DNA from: Clostridia bacterium
GTDB lineage: Bacteria; Bacillota; Clostridia; Christensenellales; CAG-917
Reading direction: 5' to 3'
DNA: 64,000 nt
NCBI GenBank assembly: GCA_036654095.1
Contig: JAVVSR010000001.1
Location: 159,987-223,986 of the forward strand
The translations under genes and the position numbers were made by a program. Below the pieces are notes generated by a model. That model did no database searches. It saw only the letters and a program-made list of their open reading frames with translations, and was not told the origin of the DNA. Shown one piece after another: positions 51,205 through 60,733 of this stretch; the stretch's first letter is position 1; every line of letters begins with the position of its first letter.

Positions 51205-51913
51205 GCCAGAACTAACAAAAGAATTAATTTTAAAAGCTCAAGACGGCGATGAAAGCGCAAAAGCGACAATCATTTTGGAAAACATGCCACTCATTAAATC
51301 AATAGTTAAGCGTTATCGCGGTAAAACTGTTGAATATGACGATTTAATTCAGCTTGGTTCAATGGGGCTTTTAAAGGCAATGCTTAACTTTGATATGTCT
51401 TTTGGTGTAAGATTTTCAACATATGCAGTTCCGATGATTGCGGGCGAAATTAAGCGATATATTCGCGACGACGGCGCAATTAAAGTTTCGCGCGCAATAA
51501 AAGTTATGTCATATAATATTATTCGTTTTATTGAAACTTTTCGACAGGAGTTTAATAGAGAACCAAACATTGATGAAATCGCAGAAAAACTTAATATTGA
51601 AAAAGAAGAAGTTGTTTTTGCTATGGATAGCACTCGCTTTCCACTTTCGCTGTATGAAAAATCTGACGACGATAGCAATATTAATTTATTAGACAAAATT
51701 GTAGTAGAAAATAAGGATGAGGAAAATATTGATAAAATTTTACTAGTTGACGCTCTTAAAGAACTTTCTGACCGCGATAAAAAAATCGTTCTGCTTAGAT
51801 ACTTTCGCGACAAAACTCAAAGTGAAGTTGCAAAAGAAATGGGAGTGTCACAAGTTCAAATTTCAAGACTCGAAAGTAAAATTCTAGAAAAACTCAAAGA
51901 CAATCTTAAATAG
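51197..51913 (+). CDS. sigF: RNA polymerase sporulation sigma factor SigF
   Basis: About 238 aa. Region 2 ([15 protein letters not shown]...[19 protein letters not shown]) and the region 4 HTH ([20 protein letters not shown]). It follows spoIIAB. Confidence 0.9.
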   Translation: MLEPELTKELILKAQDGDESAKATIILENMPLIKSIVKRYRGKTVEYDDLIQLGSMGLLKAMLNFDMSFGVRFSTYAVPMIAGEIKRYIRDDGAIKVSRAIKVMSYNIIRFIETFRQEFNREPNIDEIAEKLNIEKEEVVFAMDSTRFPLSLYEKSDDDSNINLLDKIVVENKDEENIDKILLVDALKELSDRDKKIVLLRYFRDKTQSEVAKEMGVSQVQISRLESKILEKLKDNLK

Positions 51914-52024
51914 GTATATTTATCTAATTTTTGGAAAAAAATTATACTATGGATAAAACTTATAGCAATAACCGCGAGGATAATGAAATCCGCGTGGATT
52001 TAAATGCGGTCAATGAGGAAAAAA

Positions 52025-52474
52025 ATGAAAATACAAAACGAAAATGAAAACTTTGCTTATTTAGATTATGTTGCCGAACACGCTCCAAAAACAAATATGA
52101 TAAAAACTCTTATTCCCGCTTTTATCGTTGGAGGGATAATTTGTATGATAGGTCAATTAATATTTGACCTTTTACACCTGTGGACAAGTTTAGATAAAGA
52201 AGGTTTAAGCTCAGCAACTTCTATTATAATGATTTTTTTAGGCTCATTTTTTACGGGGATTGGAGTATACGACAGAATAGGTCATTATGCTGGTGGCGGT
52301 TCAATTATTCCAATTACAGGATTTGCCAATTCGGTAGCCTCGCCCGCTATGGAGTTTAATCGCGAAGGCTTAATTTTTGGAGTTTGTTGTAAAATGTTTG
52401 TAATATCAGGCCCAATAATTGTTTTAGGTATTGTAGCGTCGGTATTTGTTGGAATTGTGGGGATGTTTTTATGA
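52025..52474 (+). CDS. spoVAC: Stage V sporulation protein AC
   Basis: About 149 aa. YLDYVAEHAPKTNMIKTLIPAFIVGGIICMIGQ and PITGFANSV are typical of SpoVAC. The start is set at ATG 52025 after GAGGAAAAAA. Confidence 0.9.
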   Translation: MKIQNENENFAYLDYVAEHAPKTNMIKTLIPAFIVGGIICMIGQLIFDLLHLWTSLDKEGLSSATSIIMIFLGSFFTGIGVYDRIGHYAGGGSIIPITGFANSVASPAMEFNREGLIFGVCCKMFVISGPIIVLGIVASVFVGIVGMFL

Positions 52475-53475
52475 GAAAGGGCAAACAGACTTTTATTTTT
52501 GACAATCCACCTTCAATAATTTCCACTGGTACGATTGTTGGCAATCGCGAAAGCGAAGGTCCGCTTGGCGAATACTTTGACGAGGCTTTAGAAGATGATA
52601 TTTATGGCGAAAAATCCTTTGAATTAGCTGAATGTAAAATGCAAAAACAAGCAATACAAATTGCTTTAAAGAAAGCCGATTTGACTTTTGACCATATCGA
52701 CGCGATTGTAAGCGGAGATTTGTTAAATCAAATATTTGCGTCGAGTTTTTCAGCGCGAGATTTTGATGCCGCTTTTTTTGGATTATATGGCGCGTGTTCC
52801 ACATATGGCGAAGGGCTAATAATCGCATCAATGCTATTAAATACTGGAATGTTTGAACATATTTTAGTTTCATCAAGCAGTCACTTCTCAAGCGCAGAAA
52901 GACAATATCGTTTTCCGCTTGAACTTGGAAACCAACGCGTGCCAACTTCACAATGGACGGTGACAGGCGCGGGTTCAACAATACTATCTAATGAAAGTAT
53001 TGATGGATTTCCAAAAATAACTGCCGTAACGGCGGGTAAAGTAATTGATTATGGAATTACTGACGTAAATAATATGGGCGCAGCTATGGCGCCTGCCGCT
53101 TATGATACAATAACTAAACATTTTTCTGAAACCGAACGCAATCCAAATTATTATGACCTAATTGCAACTGGCGACCTTGGACGTTTTGGCTCGGAACTTT
53201 TAATTCATCTTTGTCAAGAAGATGGCTGTACTTTGCCGAAATCATATACCGATTGCGGTAAAATGATTTTTTCGCCCGAACAAAAAACTTTTCAAGGTGG
53301 AAGTGGAGCAGGTTGCAGTAACGTTGTATTCAATGGATTTATTTATAAACAAATGATGCAAAATAAGTTTAAAAAAGTGCTTTTAGTACCAACTGGCGCG
53401 CTTTTAAGTAAAGATAGCCCTTTACAAAAGCAAAGTATACCATCAATAGCGCACGCCATTGCGATTGAAATGTGA
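52471..53475 (+). CDS. spoVAD: Stage V sporulation protein AD
   Basis: 334 aa, a thiolase-like fold (GDLLNQ, ACST, GGSGAGCS). The start overlaps the spoVAC stop. Confidence 0.9.
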   Translation: MRKGKQTFIFDNPPSIISTGTIVGNRESEGPLGEYFDEALEDDIYGEKSFELAECKMQKQAIQIALKKADLTFDHIDAIVSGDLLNQIFASSFSARDFDAAFFGLYGACSTYGEGLIIASMLLNTGMFEHILVSSSSHFSSAERQYRFPLELGNQRVPTSQWTVTGAGSTILSNESIDGFPKITAVTAGKVIDYGITDVNNMGAAMAPAAYDTITKHFSETERNPNYYDLIATGDLGRFGSELLIHLCQEDGCTLPKSYTDCGKMIFSPEQKTFQGGSGAGCSNVVFNGFIYKQMMQNKFKKVLLVPTGALLSKDSPLQKQSIPSIAHAIAIEM

Positions 53476-53482
53476 GGAAATT

Positions 53483-53854
53483 ATGGAAATATTTTTAACA
53501 TATTTAAAAGTTTTTGTAACAGGCGGTACAATTTGTTTATTAGGCCAACTTTTAATAAATAAAACCAATATGACAAGCGCGCGTATACTTGTTACTTTTT
53601 TACTGTTAGGTGTAGTTCTTGAAGTTTTTGGACTTTTTAAATATCTTGAAGAATTTGGCAAAGCAGGCGCGACAGTTCCTATTATGGGTTTTGGCAGTTC
53701 GCTAGCAAAGGGCGCGTTTAAAGGTGTTGCCGAAAAAGGTATTTTGGGCGCAATTAGCGGAGGAATGTCAGCTGTTTCGGGCGGATTGTCTGCTGCAATA
53801 TTTTTTGGTTTCATATTTGCAGTGATATTTAAGTCAAAAACAAAGAAAAACTAA
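53483..53854 (+). CDS. spoVAE: Stage V sporulation protein AE (SpoVAEB type)
   Basis: About 123 aa. MEIFLTYLKVFVTGGTICLLGQLL and PIMGFGSSLAKG are paralogous to SpoVAC. The start is set at ATG 53483 after GAGGAAA. Confidence 0.85.
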   Translation: MEIFLTYLKVFVTGGTICLLGQLLINKTNMTSARILVTFLLLGVVLEVFGLFKYLEEFGKAGATVPIMGFGSSLAKGAFKGVAEKGILGAISGGMSAVSGGLSAAIFFGFIFAVIFKSKTKKN

Positions 53855-53925
53855 CAAATTTGATAATATTTTTTAGCATTTTGATAATTTGTCAATAGTT
53901 GTCGATTTTTTGAATAATATAGTGT

Positions 53926-54591
53926 GTGGCGCAACTATCAAAAAAAAATAAAAGATTTGTCAAATTGACTGCATATTTAATTATTGGTGTTCTTATCACC
54001 ATTATTACTTCGCGCTATTTTAGGGGCAATATGGTCCCCGTTGTTTTGGATACTTGCGAAGCGCAAGTCCACGCGCTAGGAATAAACGCGATAAATAACG
54101 CGGCTAGTATTATAATTACCGAGGACTTAACATATGATGAATTATTTGAAATTCAAAAAAACAACAACGGCGACGTTGTTTTAATTCAGGCGCGTTCACC
54201 TAAGATTAATAGAATTGCTCGCGAATTAGCTAGGCTTACTCAACTAAACCTTGAAAGTATTGACGACGAAATGGTTTCGATAGCCATTGGTACGTTTTCG
54301 GGAGTTACGCTTTTAATTGGTATTGGGCCTATGATAAACATTACTATTGAGCCTATTGGCGTTGCGAATTGTGACTTTGTTTCGGAATTTATAACCGCGG
54401 GGATAAATCAAACAATACATAAAATTTATATTGATATTATTGTCGATATCGAGGTTGCGTTACCGCTTGACGACCTATCAATTAGCGTTAAATCCGAAAT
54501 ACTCATTTGCGAAAATTTAATTGTAGGTAAAGTTCCGGATACCTACTTAAATATAGGAAAAACCATTGAAGGTCTTAATCTCGTTCCGTAA
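53926..54591 (+). CDS. yunB: Sporulation protein YunB
   Basis: 221 aa with a GTG start. An N-terminal TM helix, then a YunB-like pattern (NAINNA...YDELFEIQKNNNGDVVLIQ...IGTFSG...ANCDFVSEFITAGINQT). Confidence 0.75.
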   Translation: MAQLSKKNKRFVKLTAYLIIGVLITIITSRYFRGNMVPVVLDTCEAQVHALGINAINNAASIIITEDLTYDELFEIQKNNNGDVVLIQARSPKINRIARELARLTQLNLESIDDEMVSIAIGTFSGVTLLIGIGPMINITIEPIGVANCDFVSEFITAGINQTIHKIYIDIIVDIEVALPLDDLSISVKSEILICENLIVGKVPDTYLNIGKTIEGLNLVP

Positions 54592-54737
54592 CAGTTTTAT
54601 ATTAAAATATTACATAATTTTATAAAAAAACTAATATTTGTTTTTAAAACATAAATATATTTGTTATTTATTTCTAATAATCGTTTCAAATTTGTTTACA
54701 TTTTTTAAGTCATATGTTAAAATAAAATCGTATTAAA

Positions 54738-54966
54738 AGCAATGAAAAAGAGAGTAGCTTGTTTTCTTAATTACAGAAAGTCGTTTCTTGGCTGTGAAAA
54801 CGATATTAAGTTTCTTGTGAAGTTCACTTTTGAGCTGTTCCATTGAACGGAGTAGGTGGAATCGGGTTTGCCCGTTATAGCATTTTGAGTGGCAAGTTTT
54901 TTACTTGCAAAATAGGTGGTACCGCGTTTTTATTCGCCCTATTGTTTTCAATAGGGCTTTTTTTAT
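54738..54966 (+). promoter_or_regulatory. T-box riboswitch leader (Phe-specific) controlling pheST
   Basis: AGAGAGTAG stem I start, the conserved T-box AATAGGTGGTACCGCG (54911-54926), and the terminator GCCCTATTG-TTTT-CAATAGGGC plus T-run (54936-54965). The candidate specifier is TTC at 54823-54825, followed by A. Confidence 0.85.
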
Positions 54967-54995
54967 AAAGAAAAATATTCAAGGAGTTATTTATA

Positions 54996-56015
54996 ATGAT
55001 TGAAACTATTTATAAACTAAAATCTGATTGCTTGCAACAAATTGAACGTCAAAAAACAAGCGCAGGTTTAAATGATGTTAGAGTTAAGTTCTTTGGTAAA
55101 AACGGTGAATTTACCAATGCTATGAAACTTTTAAAGGATGTTCCCAAGGACGAAAAACCTGCTATGGGCAAACTTTTAAATGACGCTCGCGTCGAAATGG
55201 AAACTTATTTGTCCAAACAAGAAAACTTGCTTAATGAGCGCGAAAAACTTGAACGTACTAAAAAGGAATACATTGATATTACTTTGCCCGGGAAAGCCCC
55301 TTCAATAGGCGCGCTACATCCGCTTACGCTTGTTAAAAATGAAATTTTGGATACATTTATTGGTTTAGGATTTGAAGTTAAGGAAGGTCCTGAAATTGAA
55401 AGTGATTATTTTAACTTTCAACTTTTAAACATTCCCAAAGACCATCCCGCTCGCGATATGCAAGATACTTTTTATATTTCTGATAAATTTTTACTTCGTA
55501 CTCACACTTCTCCAATGCAGGCGAGGACTATGCTTGAAAGCAAACCTCCAATACGCATAGTTGTCCCCGGGAAGGTGTATCGCAGTGATGATGACGCTAC
55601 TCACAGCCCAATGTTTCAGCAGGTTGAAGGATTGGTTGTCGATAGACATATTACCTTGTGCGACTTAAAAGGCGCGCTTGAGGCTTTTGCTCAAAGAATG
55701 TTTGATAAAAAAACAAAAGTACGTTTTCGTCCTTCATATTTTCCATTTACCGAGCCTAGCGTGGAAGTTGACGTATCGTGTTCGATTTGTCACGGAAAAG
55801 GCTGTCGCATTTGCCACGGCACTGGTTGGATTGAAATTTTAGGCGCTGGTATTGTTAATCCTGCCGTTCTAGACGCTTGCGGTATCGACTCAAAAGAGTT
55901 TAGCGGTTTCGCATTCGGTTTTGGAATTGAACGTATCGCTATGATAAAATATGGCATTCCTGATATGCGTTTCTTCTTTGAAAACGACATTCGCTTCATT
56001 CAGCAGTATAAGTAA
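54996..56015 (+). CDS. pheS: Phenylalanine--tRNA ligase alpha subunit
   Basis: 339 aa with class II aaRS motifs (HPARDMQDTFY, FRPSYFPFTEPS, GFAFGFGIERIAM). Confidence 0.95.
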   Translation: MIETIYKLKSDCLQQIERQKTSAGLNDVRVKFFGKNGEFTNAMKLLKDVPKDEKPAMGKLLNDARVEMETYLSKQENLLNEREKLERTKKEYIDITLPGKAPSIGALHPLTLVKNEILDTFIGLGFEVKEGPEIESDYFNFQLLNIPKDHPARDMQDTFYISDKFLLRTHTSPMQARTMLESKPPIRIVVPGKVYRSDDDATHSPMFQQVEGLVVDRHITLCDLKGALEAFAQRMFDKKTKVRFRPSYFPFTEPSVEVDVSCSICHGKGCRICHGTGWIEILGAGIVNPAVLDACGIDSKEFSGFAFGFGIERIAMIKYGIPDMRFFFENDIRFIQQYK

Positions 56016-56027
56016 GGAGGACTTTTT

Positions 56028-58427
56028 ATGAAAACACCTATTAGTTGGTTAAAAGATTATGTTAAAATTGATATTTCACCCGAGGCTTTAGCCGATAAAC
56101 TTGTATCAGCAGGCTTTGAGGTCGAGGAAATTATATATCAGGCTGACCAAATTAAAAATGTTGTCGCAGGGCGTATTATGCAAATCGAAAAACATCCCAA
56201 TAGCGACCATTTATTGACCTGTATGGTTAATATCAAAACGAGAACTTTGCAGATTGTTACTGGCGCAAATAACATTAAAGTTGGGGATATTGTTCCTGTC
56301 GCTATCGACGGCGCGCAACTTCCTAATGGCAAGCGCATTTACAACGGCGAACTTCGAGGAGTTAAATCGTTTGGTATGTTTTGCAGCGGAAGCGAACTTG
56401 CTTTAACTGAAGACGACTACGAGGGCGCATCGGTTGATGGTATTTTAATTTTAAAACCAAATACTTCAGTTGGCGCAAATATAAACGATATCTTAGGCAC
56501 TAACGATGTCATTTTAGATGTAGCGGTCACAGCTAATCGTCCCGATTGCAACAGCATTTTAGGTATCGCTAGAGAAATCGCGGCAGTTACCGATAAACCT
56601 TGCAAACAACCCGTTTCAAGCTATACCGCAACCCCCGAAAGGATTATGAATTTACTAGATGTCCACGTTGACGATACAGAGTTATGCCCAAGATACATCG
56701 CTAAAGCCGTAAAAAATATTAAAATTTGCAAATCACCTAAAATAGTTCGCGATAGATTAACATCTGTGGGCATTAAACCTATAAATAATATCGTCGATAT
56801 TACAAATTACGTTCTTGTTGAAATTGGTCAACCTATGCACGCTTTCGATTATGAAAACATTCGCGGCGGTAAAATTATAGTTCGTCACGCAAAGCAAAAT
56901 GAAAGCATTGTTACGCTTAACGGCGCAGAAAATAAACTCGATACATCTATGCTTGTTATCGCTGACACTGAAAGACCGTTGGCGGTCGCTGGTGTTATGG
57001 GTGGGCTTGACAGCGGAATTAGTGATGCCACAAAAACAATTATTTTTGAATCGGCTAACTTTGCCCGCGACAGCATACGACATACCGCGCGAGCCTTGAA
57101 TTTACATTCAGACAGTTCTGCGCGCTTTGAGAAGGGCATTGATTACCTTTCACAACAAGTTGCCATTGACCGAGCCTTGACCATTATTCAGGCAAATGGT
57201 TGGGGTACAATTATTTCGGGTACTCTTGACACGAATTTCAACGCAATTAAACCTAAAAGTATTGTTGTTCCTTATAAAAAAATAAACGAAATTCTCGGTA
57301 TTAAAGTTCCTGTTGAAAAAATGGTTGAACTTTTAAACAGCTTACAAATTAAAACTACTATTAAAAATAGAACTATTGAATGTAATATTCCGGCATTTCG
57401 TGACGATATTTCAACCGCAAATGACCTAGCGGAGGAGATTATTAGGCTTTATGGCTACAATAAAATTAAGTCTACTATGTTTGCAGATGCAACTCAAACG
57501 CAGGGTGGACGCGAACCTAACCGCATTAAAACCGATAATTTTAAAACTTTATTGGCTTCGCTTGGTGGCAATGAAATTGTGACATATAGCTTTATTTCGC
57601 CCAAAACCTTTGATAATCTTGCTTTGGCGCAAAATGATAGTTTACGCAATGCAATTAAAGTTTTAAATCCTCTTGGTGAAGATTTAAGCGTTATGCGCAC
57701 AACTCTTGTAGGCAGTATGTTGCAAACTATTTCATCTAATATTGCAAAAAATAATAAAAGTGGTATTCTTTTTGAAGTTGCAAAACGCTTTATTCCTAAA
57801 TCACTTCCTCTAAATGATTTTCCAACTGAAATTGAAACATTGTCTATTGGTATGTTTGGCGACGGAAAAGACTTTTATTCATTAAAGGGCTTAATCGAAA
57901 ATTCATTTGAAACTTTTGGCATTGACACAGTAAAGTTTGAACGCGTTTGTTTAAAATATCTACACGAAGGTCGTTCGGCTAATATAATTGTCGACAACGA
58001 GGTTGTTGGTTATTTAGGCGAGGTATATTCCGATGTCGCCGATAATTTTAACATTGACGGACGCGTATATGTTGCTGAAATTAATTTGGATTTACTTTAT
58101 AAAAATGCCATATTATTCCGTCAATATAAAGCAATTCCTAAATATCCTGCAATTTCGCGTGACCTTGCGCTAATTGTTAAAGATGGCATTTCCGCCGATA
58201 TGGTAATTGCCGTTATTAAAAAAGTCACTGACCGCAGTATTCTTGAAAACGTGCAAGTGTTTGACGTTTATCGTGGCGCAGGCGTTCCAAGGGGCAACAG
58301 TAGCATTGCCTTAACGCTTACATTTAGAGCGGTTGACCGTACATTAAAAGAAGATGAAGTAAATGCTGAAATTGAACACGCGCTCCGTTCGCTTAACCGC
58401 AAACATCGCGTAAAGTTGCGTAAATAA
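56028..58427 (+). CDS. pheT: Phenylalanine--tRNA ligase beta subunit
   Basis: 799 aa. MKTPISWLKDYV, a tRNA-binding OB domain, B3/4 and B5 domains, and the C-terminal FDX-ACB domain. Confidence 0.95.
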   Translation: MKTPISWLKDYVKIDISPEALADKLVSAGFEVEEIIYQADQIKNVVAGRIMQIEKHPNSDHLLTCMVNIKTRTLQIVTGANNIKVGDIVPVAIDGAQLPNGKRIYNGELRGVKSFGMFCSGSELALTEDDYEGASVDGILILKPNTSVGANINDILGTNDVILDVAVTANRPDCNSILGIAREIAAVTDKPCKQPVSSYTATPERIMNLLDVHVDDTELCPRYIAKAVKNIKICKSPKIVRDRLTSVGIKPINNIVDITNYVLVEIGQPMHAFDYENIRGGKIIVRHAKQNESIVTLNGAENKLDTSMLVIADTERPLAVAGVMGGLDSGISDATKTIIFESANFARDSIRHTARALNLHSDSSARFEKGIDYLSQQVAIDRALTIIQANGWGTIISGTLDTNFNAIKPKSIVVPYKKINEILGIKVPVEKMVELLNSLQIKTTIKNRTIECNIPAFRDDISTANDLAEEIIRLYGYNKIKSTMFADATQTQGGREPNRIKTDNFKTLLASLGGNEIVTYSFISPKTFDNLALAQNDSLRNAIKVLNPLGEDLSVMRTTLVGSMLQTISSNIAKNNKSGILFEVAKRFIPKSLPLNDFPTEIETLSIGMFGDGKDFYSLKGLIENSFETFGIDTVKFERVCLKYLHEGRSANIIVDNEVVGYLGEVYSDVADNFNIDGRVYVAEINLDLLYKNAILFRQYKAIPKYPAISRDLALIVKDGISADMVIAVIKKVTDRSILENVQVFDVYRGAGVPRGNSSIALTLTFRAVDRTLKEDEVNAEIEHALRSLNRKHRVKLRK

Positions 58428-60733
58428 TGGAAAAACCCGAGCTTTTAGCCCCTTGCGGTGATATAAACGCGCTTAATTGCGCTGTATTTAATGGCGCTGA
58501 CGCCGTATATTTTGGCCTTCAATCGTTTAACGCGCGTATGAAGGCGGAAAATTTTAACGAAAGTAACATTGCCGAAACTGTTAAATTTTGTCACTTGTTT
58601 GGTGTGCGAGCTTATATTACTGTAAATACTTCTATTAAAAATAACGAAATTGAAACACTAAAAGCTTTAATTTTATCGTGTAAAAATGCCAACGTTGATG
58701 CATTTATAATTTCTGACCTAGCCGTATTGGAAACAATTAAGGATATTGCTCCTCAAATACCCGTTCACGCAAGCACTCAATTAGGTATTTGCAATCTTGA
58801 AGGCGCAAAATTTATTGAAAATCTTGGCATAACTCGAGTTGTTTTAGCGAGAGAAGTTAAAATTGAAGATATAATTGAAATTAAAAACAATACAAATTTA
58901 GAAATTGAGTATTTTATTCAAGGCGCGCTTTGTGTGGCTTTTTCAGGAAAGTGTTTGTTTTCGAGCATTGTTAATGGAAATAGTGGCAATCGTGGGCGTT
59001 GTTTACAACCGTGCCGACTTTTATACACCGAAAAGCAATCGGGAAATGATGGATATTTACTTTCAACTGCAGATTTATGTTTAGCGCGTCAGTTGTCTAA
59101 ATTGAACGAAGCGGGAGTAACAAGCTTTAAAATTGAAGGTCGTCTACGCAAAGAAAGTTATGTTGCAACTACTACAAAAATATATCGAAAAATTATTGAT
59201 AATGATTTTCTGGTAGAAAATAGCGATATTGAAACATTAAAATCGGCATATAATAGAGGCGATTTTTCATCGGGGTACGCGTTTGAAAAAGATACAAATA
59301 AAATTATGTCAACTAAAATACAGGGCAATATAGGTATCAAAGTTGGTGTAATAGAAGGGATATCTCAAGTTCGTGGCGAAAAACTTTGTAAAGTTTCAAC
59401 TACATATGAACTTAATATAAATGATGGATACAAAATTATTGGTCGTGATGGCTTTGAAGTTTCTGGTGGCAAAATACAAAATATCCAAAAATCTTCAAAT
59501 GGATATTTAATAAAACTTGATGAAGCAAACGTAGGCGATACTTTGCATATAACAGCTTCGCAAAACTTTATTGTTCCCAAAAATCGACTTCCACTAGACA
59601 TCTTTTTTAGCGTAGACGAAAGCGGTTATGCTTCAATACTACTAACAAGCAAAGGTCAGCAGTCTTTTGTTAAGTCAAACAAAAGCTTTGAGCCAGCAAA
59701 GACAACCAGTTTAACTGAAATTGACGCTAAGCGCGCTTTATCAAAAATTGGAAATACATATTTTGAAGTTAAAAATTGGGATTGTGAAATCTTATCTAGC
59801 GTTTTTGCGCCTGTATCATTGCTTAACGAACTTCGTCGACAATCGATTGAACTTTTGGAAAACAATATACTTGAAAGCTATAATTTGACAAAAAAGTGTG
59901 CAAAATCAATAATTTTGCCTGAAAGTACTATGAAAAATGCCTTAAATCATAGTAGTGGCATAGCGGTTGAATTACAGGATATTGAACAGCTGTCTGATTA
60001 CATTGTAAACAAGTCAGACTATATTATTTTTTATCCGTTTAATTTTACTGTTGATTATGTTAAAAAATTTATTGAGAAAGCGAAACAGTTTAACAAATTA
60101 GTTAAAATATTTTTAAAACTCACACCGAATGCTAGCGTTGATGATATGAAAATTTTTAGAGAAATCATATCGGAAAATCAAGATAATCTATTTGGATTAT
60201 ACGCTGAAAACGTTTATACAATACAGCTAGCTAAGGAATATAACCTACAAACATTTTTAGGAATTGGTTTAAATATTTTTAACAATATTTTACTTAAAAA
60301 TTTGTGTGCAACACCTTTCTATGTTGTTTCTGCCGAACTTAATTCAAAAGAAATTGCTAGTTTTGAAAATCCGTTTGTTTTTTCATATGGCTATTTGCCA
60401 CTTATGAACTTATCGCATTGCGTTGAAAAACTTAATCACAATTTTTCTTCTTGTGGCAAGTGTTCATATACGGGCAAAATTACTTACGTTGACCGAAAAA
60501 ATTATGAGTTTTGTTTATTTAGAAATAAAGTATCAAATTGCTATTTTACTTTATATAACTCAGTTAAGACGGATATTTCATCAAAATTTATCAATAACGC
60601 TTATAATTTTTATCTTAATATGATACAATGTAACGTGACCGAAGCAGAAACAGCGCTTAATGCGTTTATTAATAAAATACCGCTTAATAGCAATTCATTT
60701 ACTTATGGTCACCTAATAAGAGGGGTTGAATAA
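58427..60733 (+). CDS. Peptidase U32 family protein, long form (probable Fe-S dependent RNA or quinone hydroxylase family)
   Basis: 768 aa. PELLAPCGD...GADAVYFG is the U32 N-terminus. A Cx6Cx15Cx3C motif sits at residues 169-196. The start overlaps the pheT stop (TAATG). Confidence 0.8.
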   Translation: MEKPELLAPCGDINALNCAVFNGADAVYFGLQSFNARMKAENFNESNIAETVKFCHLFGVRAYITVNTSIKNNEIETLKALILSCKNANVDAFIISDLAVLETIKDIAPQIPVHASTQLGICNLEGAKFIENLGITRVVLAREVKIEDIIEIKNNTNLEIEYFIQGALCVAFSGKCLFSSIVNGNSGNRGRCLQPCRLLYTEKQSGNDGYLLSTADLCLARQLSKLNEAGVTSFKIEGRLRKESYVATTTKIYRKIIDNDFLVENSDIETLKSAYNRGDFSSGYAFEKDTNKIMSTKIQGNIGIKVGVIEGISQVRGEKLCKVSTTYELNINDGYKIIGRDGFEVSGGKIQNIQKSSNGYLIKLDEANVGDTLHITASQNFIVPKNRLPLDIFFSVDESGYASILLTSKGQQSFVKSNKSFEPAKTTSLTEIDAKRALSKIGNTYFEVKNWDCEILSSVFAPVSLLNELRRQSIELLENNILESYNLTKKCAKSIILPESTMKNALNHSSGIAVELQDIEQLSDYIVNKSDYIIFYPFNFTVDYVKKFIEKAKQFNKLVKIFLKLTPNASVDDMKIFREIISENQDNLFGLYAENVYTIQLAKEYNLQTFLGIGLNIFNNILLKNLCATPFYVVSAELNSKEIASFENPFVFSYGYLPLMNLSHCVEKLNHNFSSCGKCSYTGKITYVDRKNYEFCLFRNKVSNCYFTLYNSVKTDISSKFINNAYNFYLNMIQCNVTEAETALNAFINKIPLNSNSFTYGHLIRGVE

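Noticed and set aside
51949-52047. 32-codon ORF (MDKTYSNNREDNEIRVDLNAVNEEKNENTKRK) between sigF and spoVAC, overlapping the spoVAC start in another frame
   Set aside because: It has no convincing SD, a hydrophilic low-complexity product and lies below any evidence threshold. It is noted only because it sits where a forespore promoter is expected.
52493-52981. 162-aa minus-strand ORF inside spoVAD
   Set aside because: Antisense shadow ORF. SpoVAD on the plus strand is well supported and start-coupled to spoVAC.
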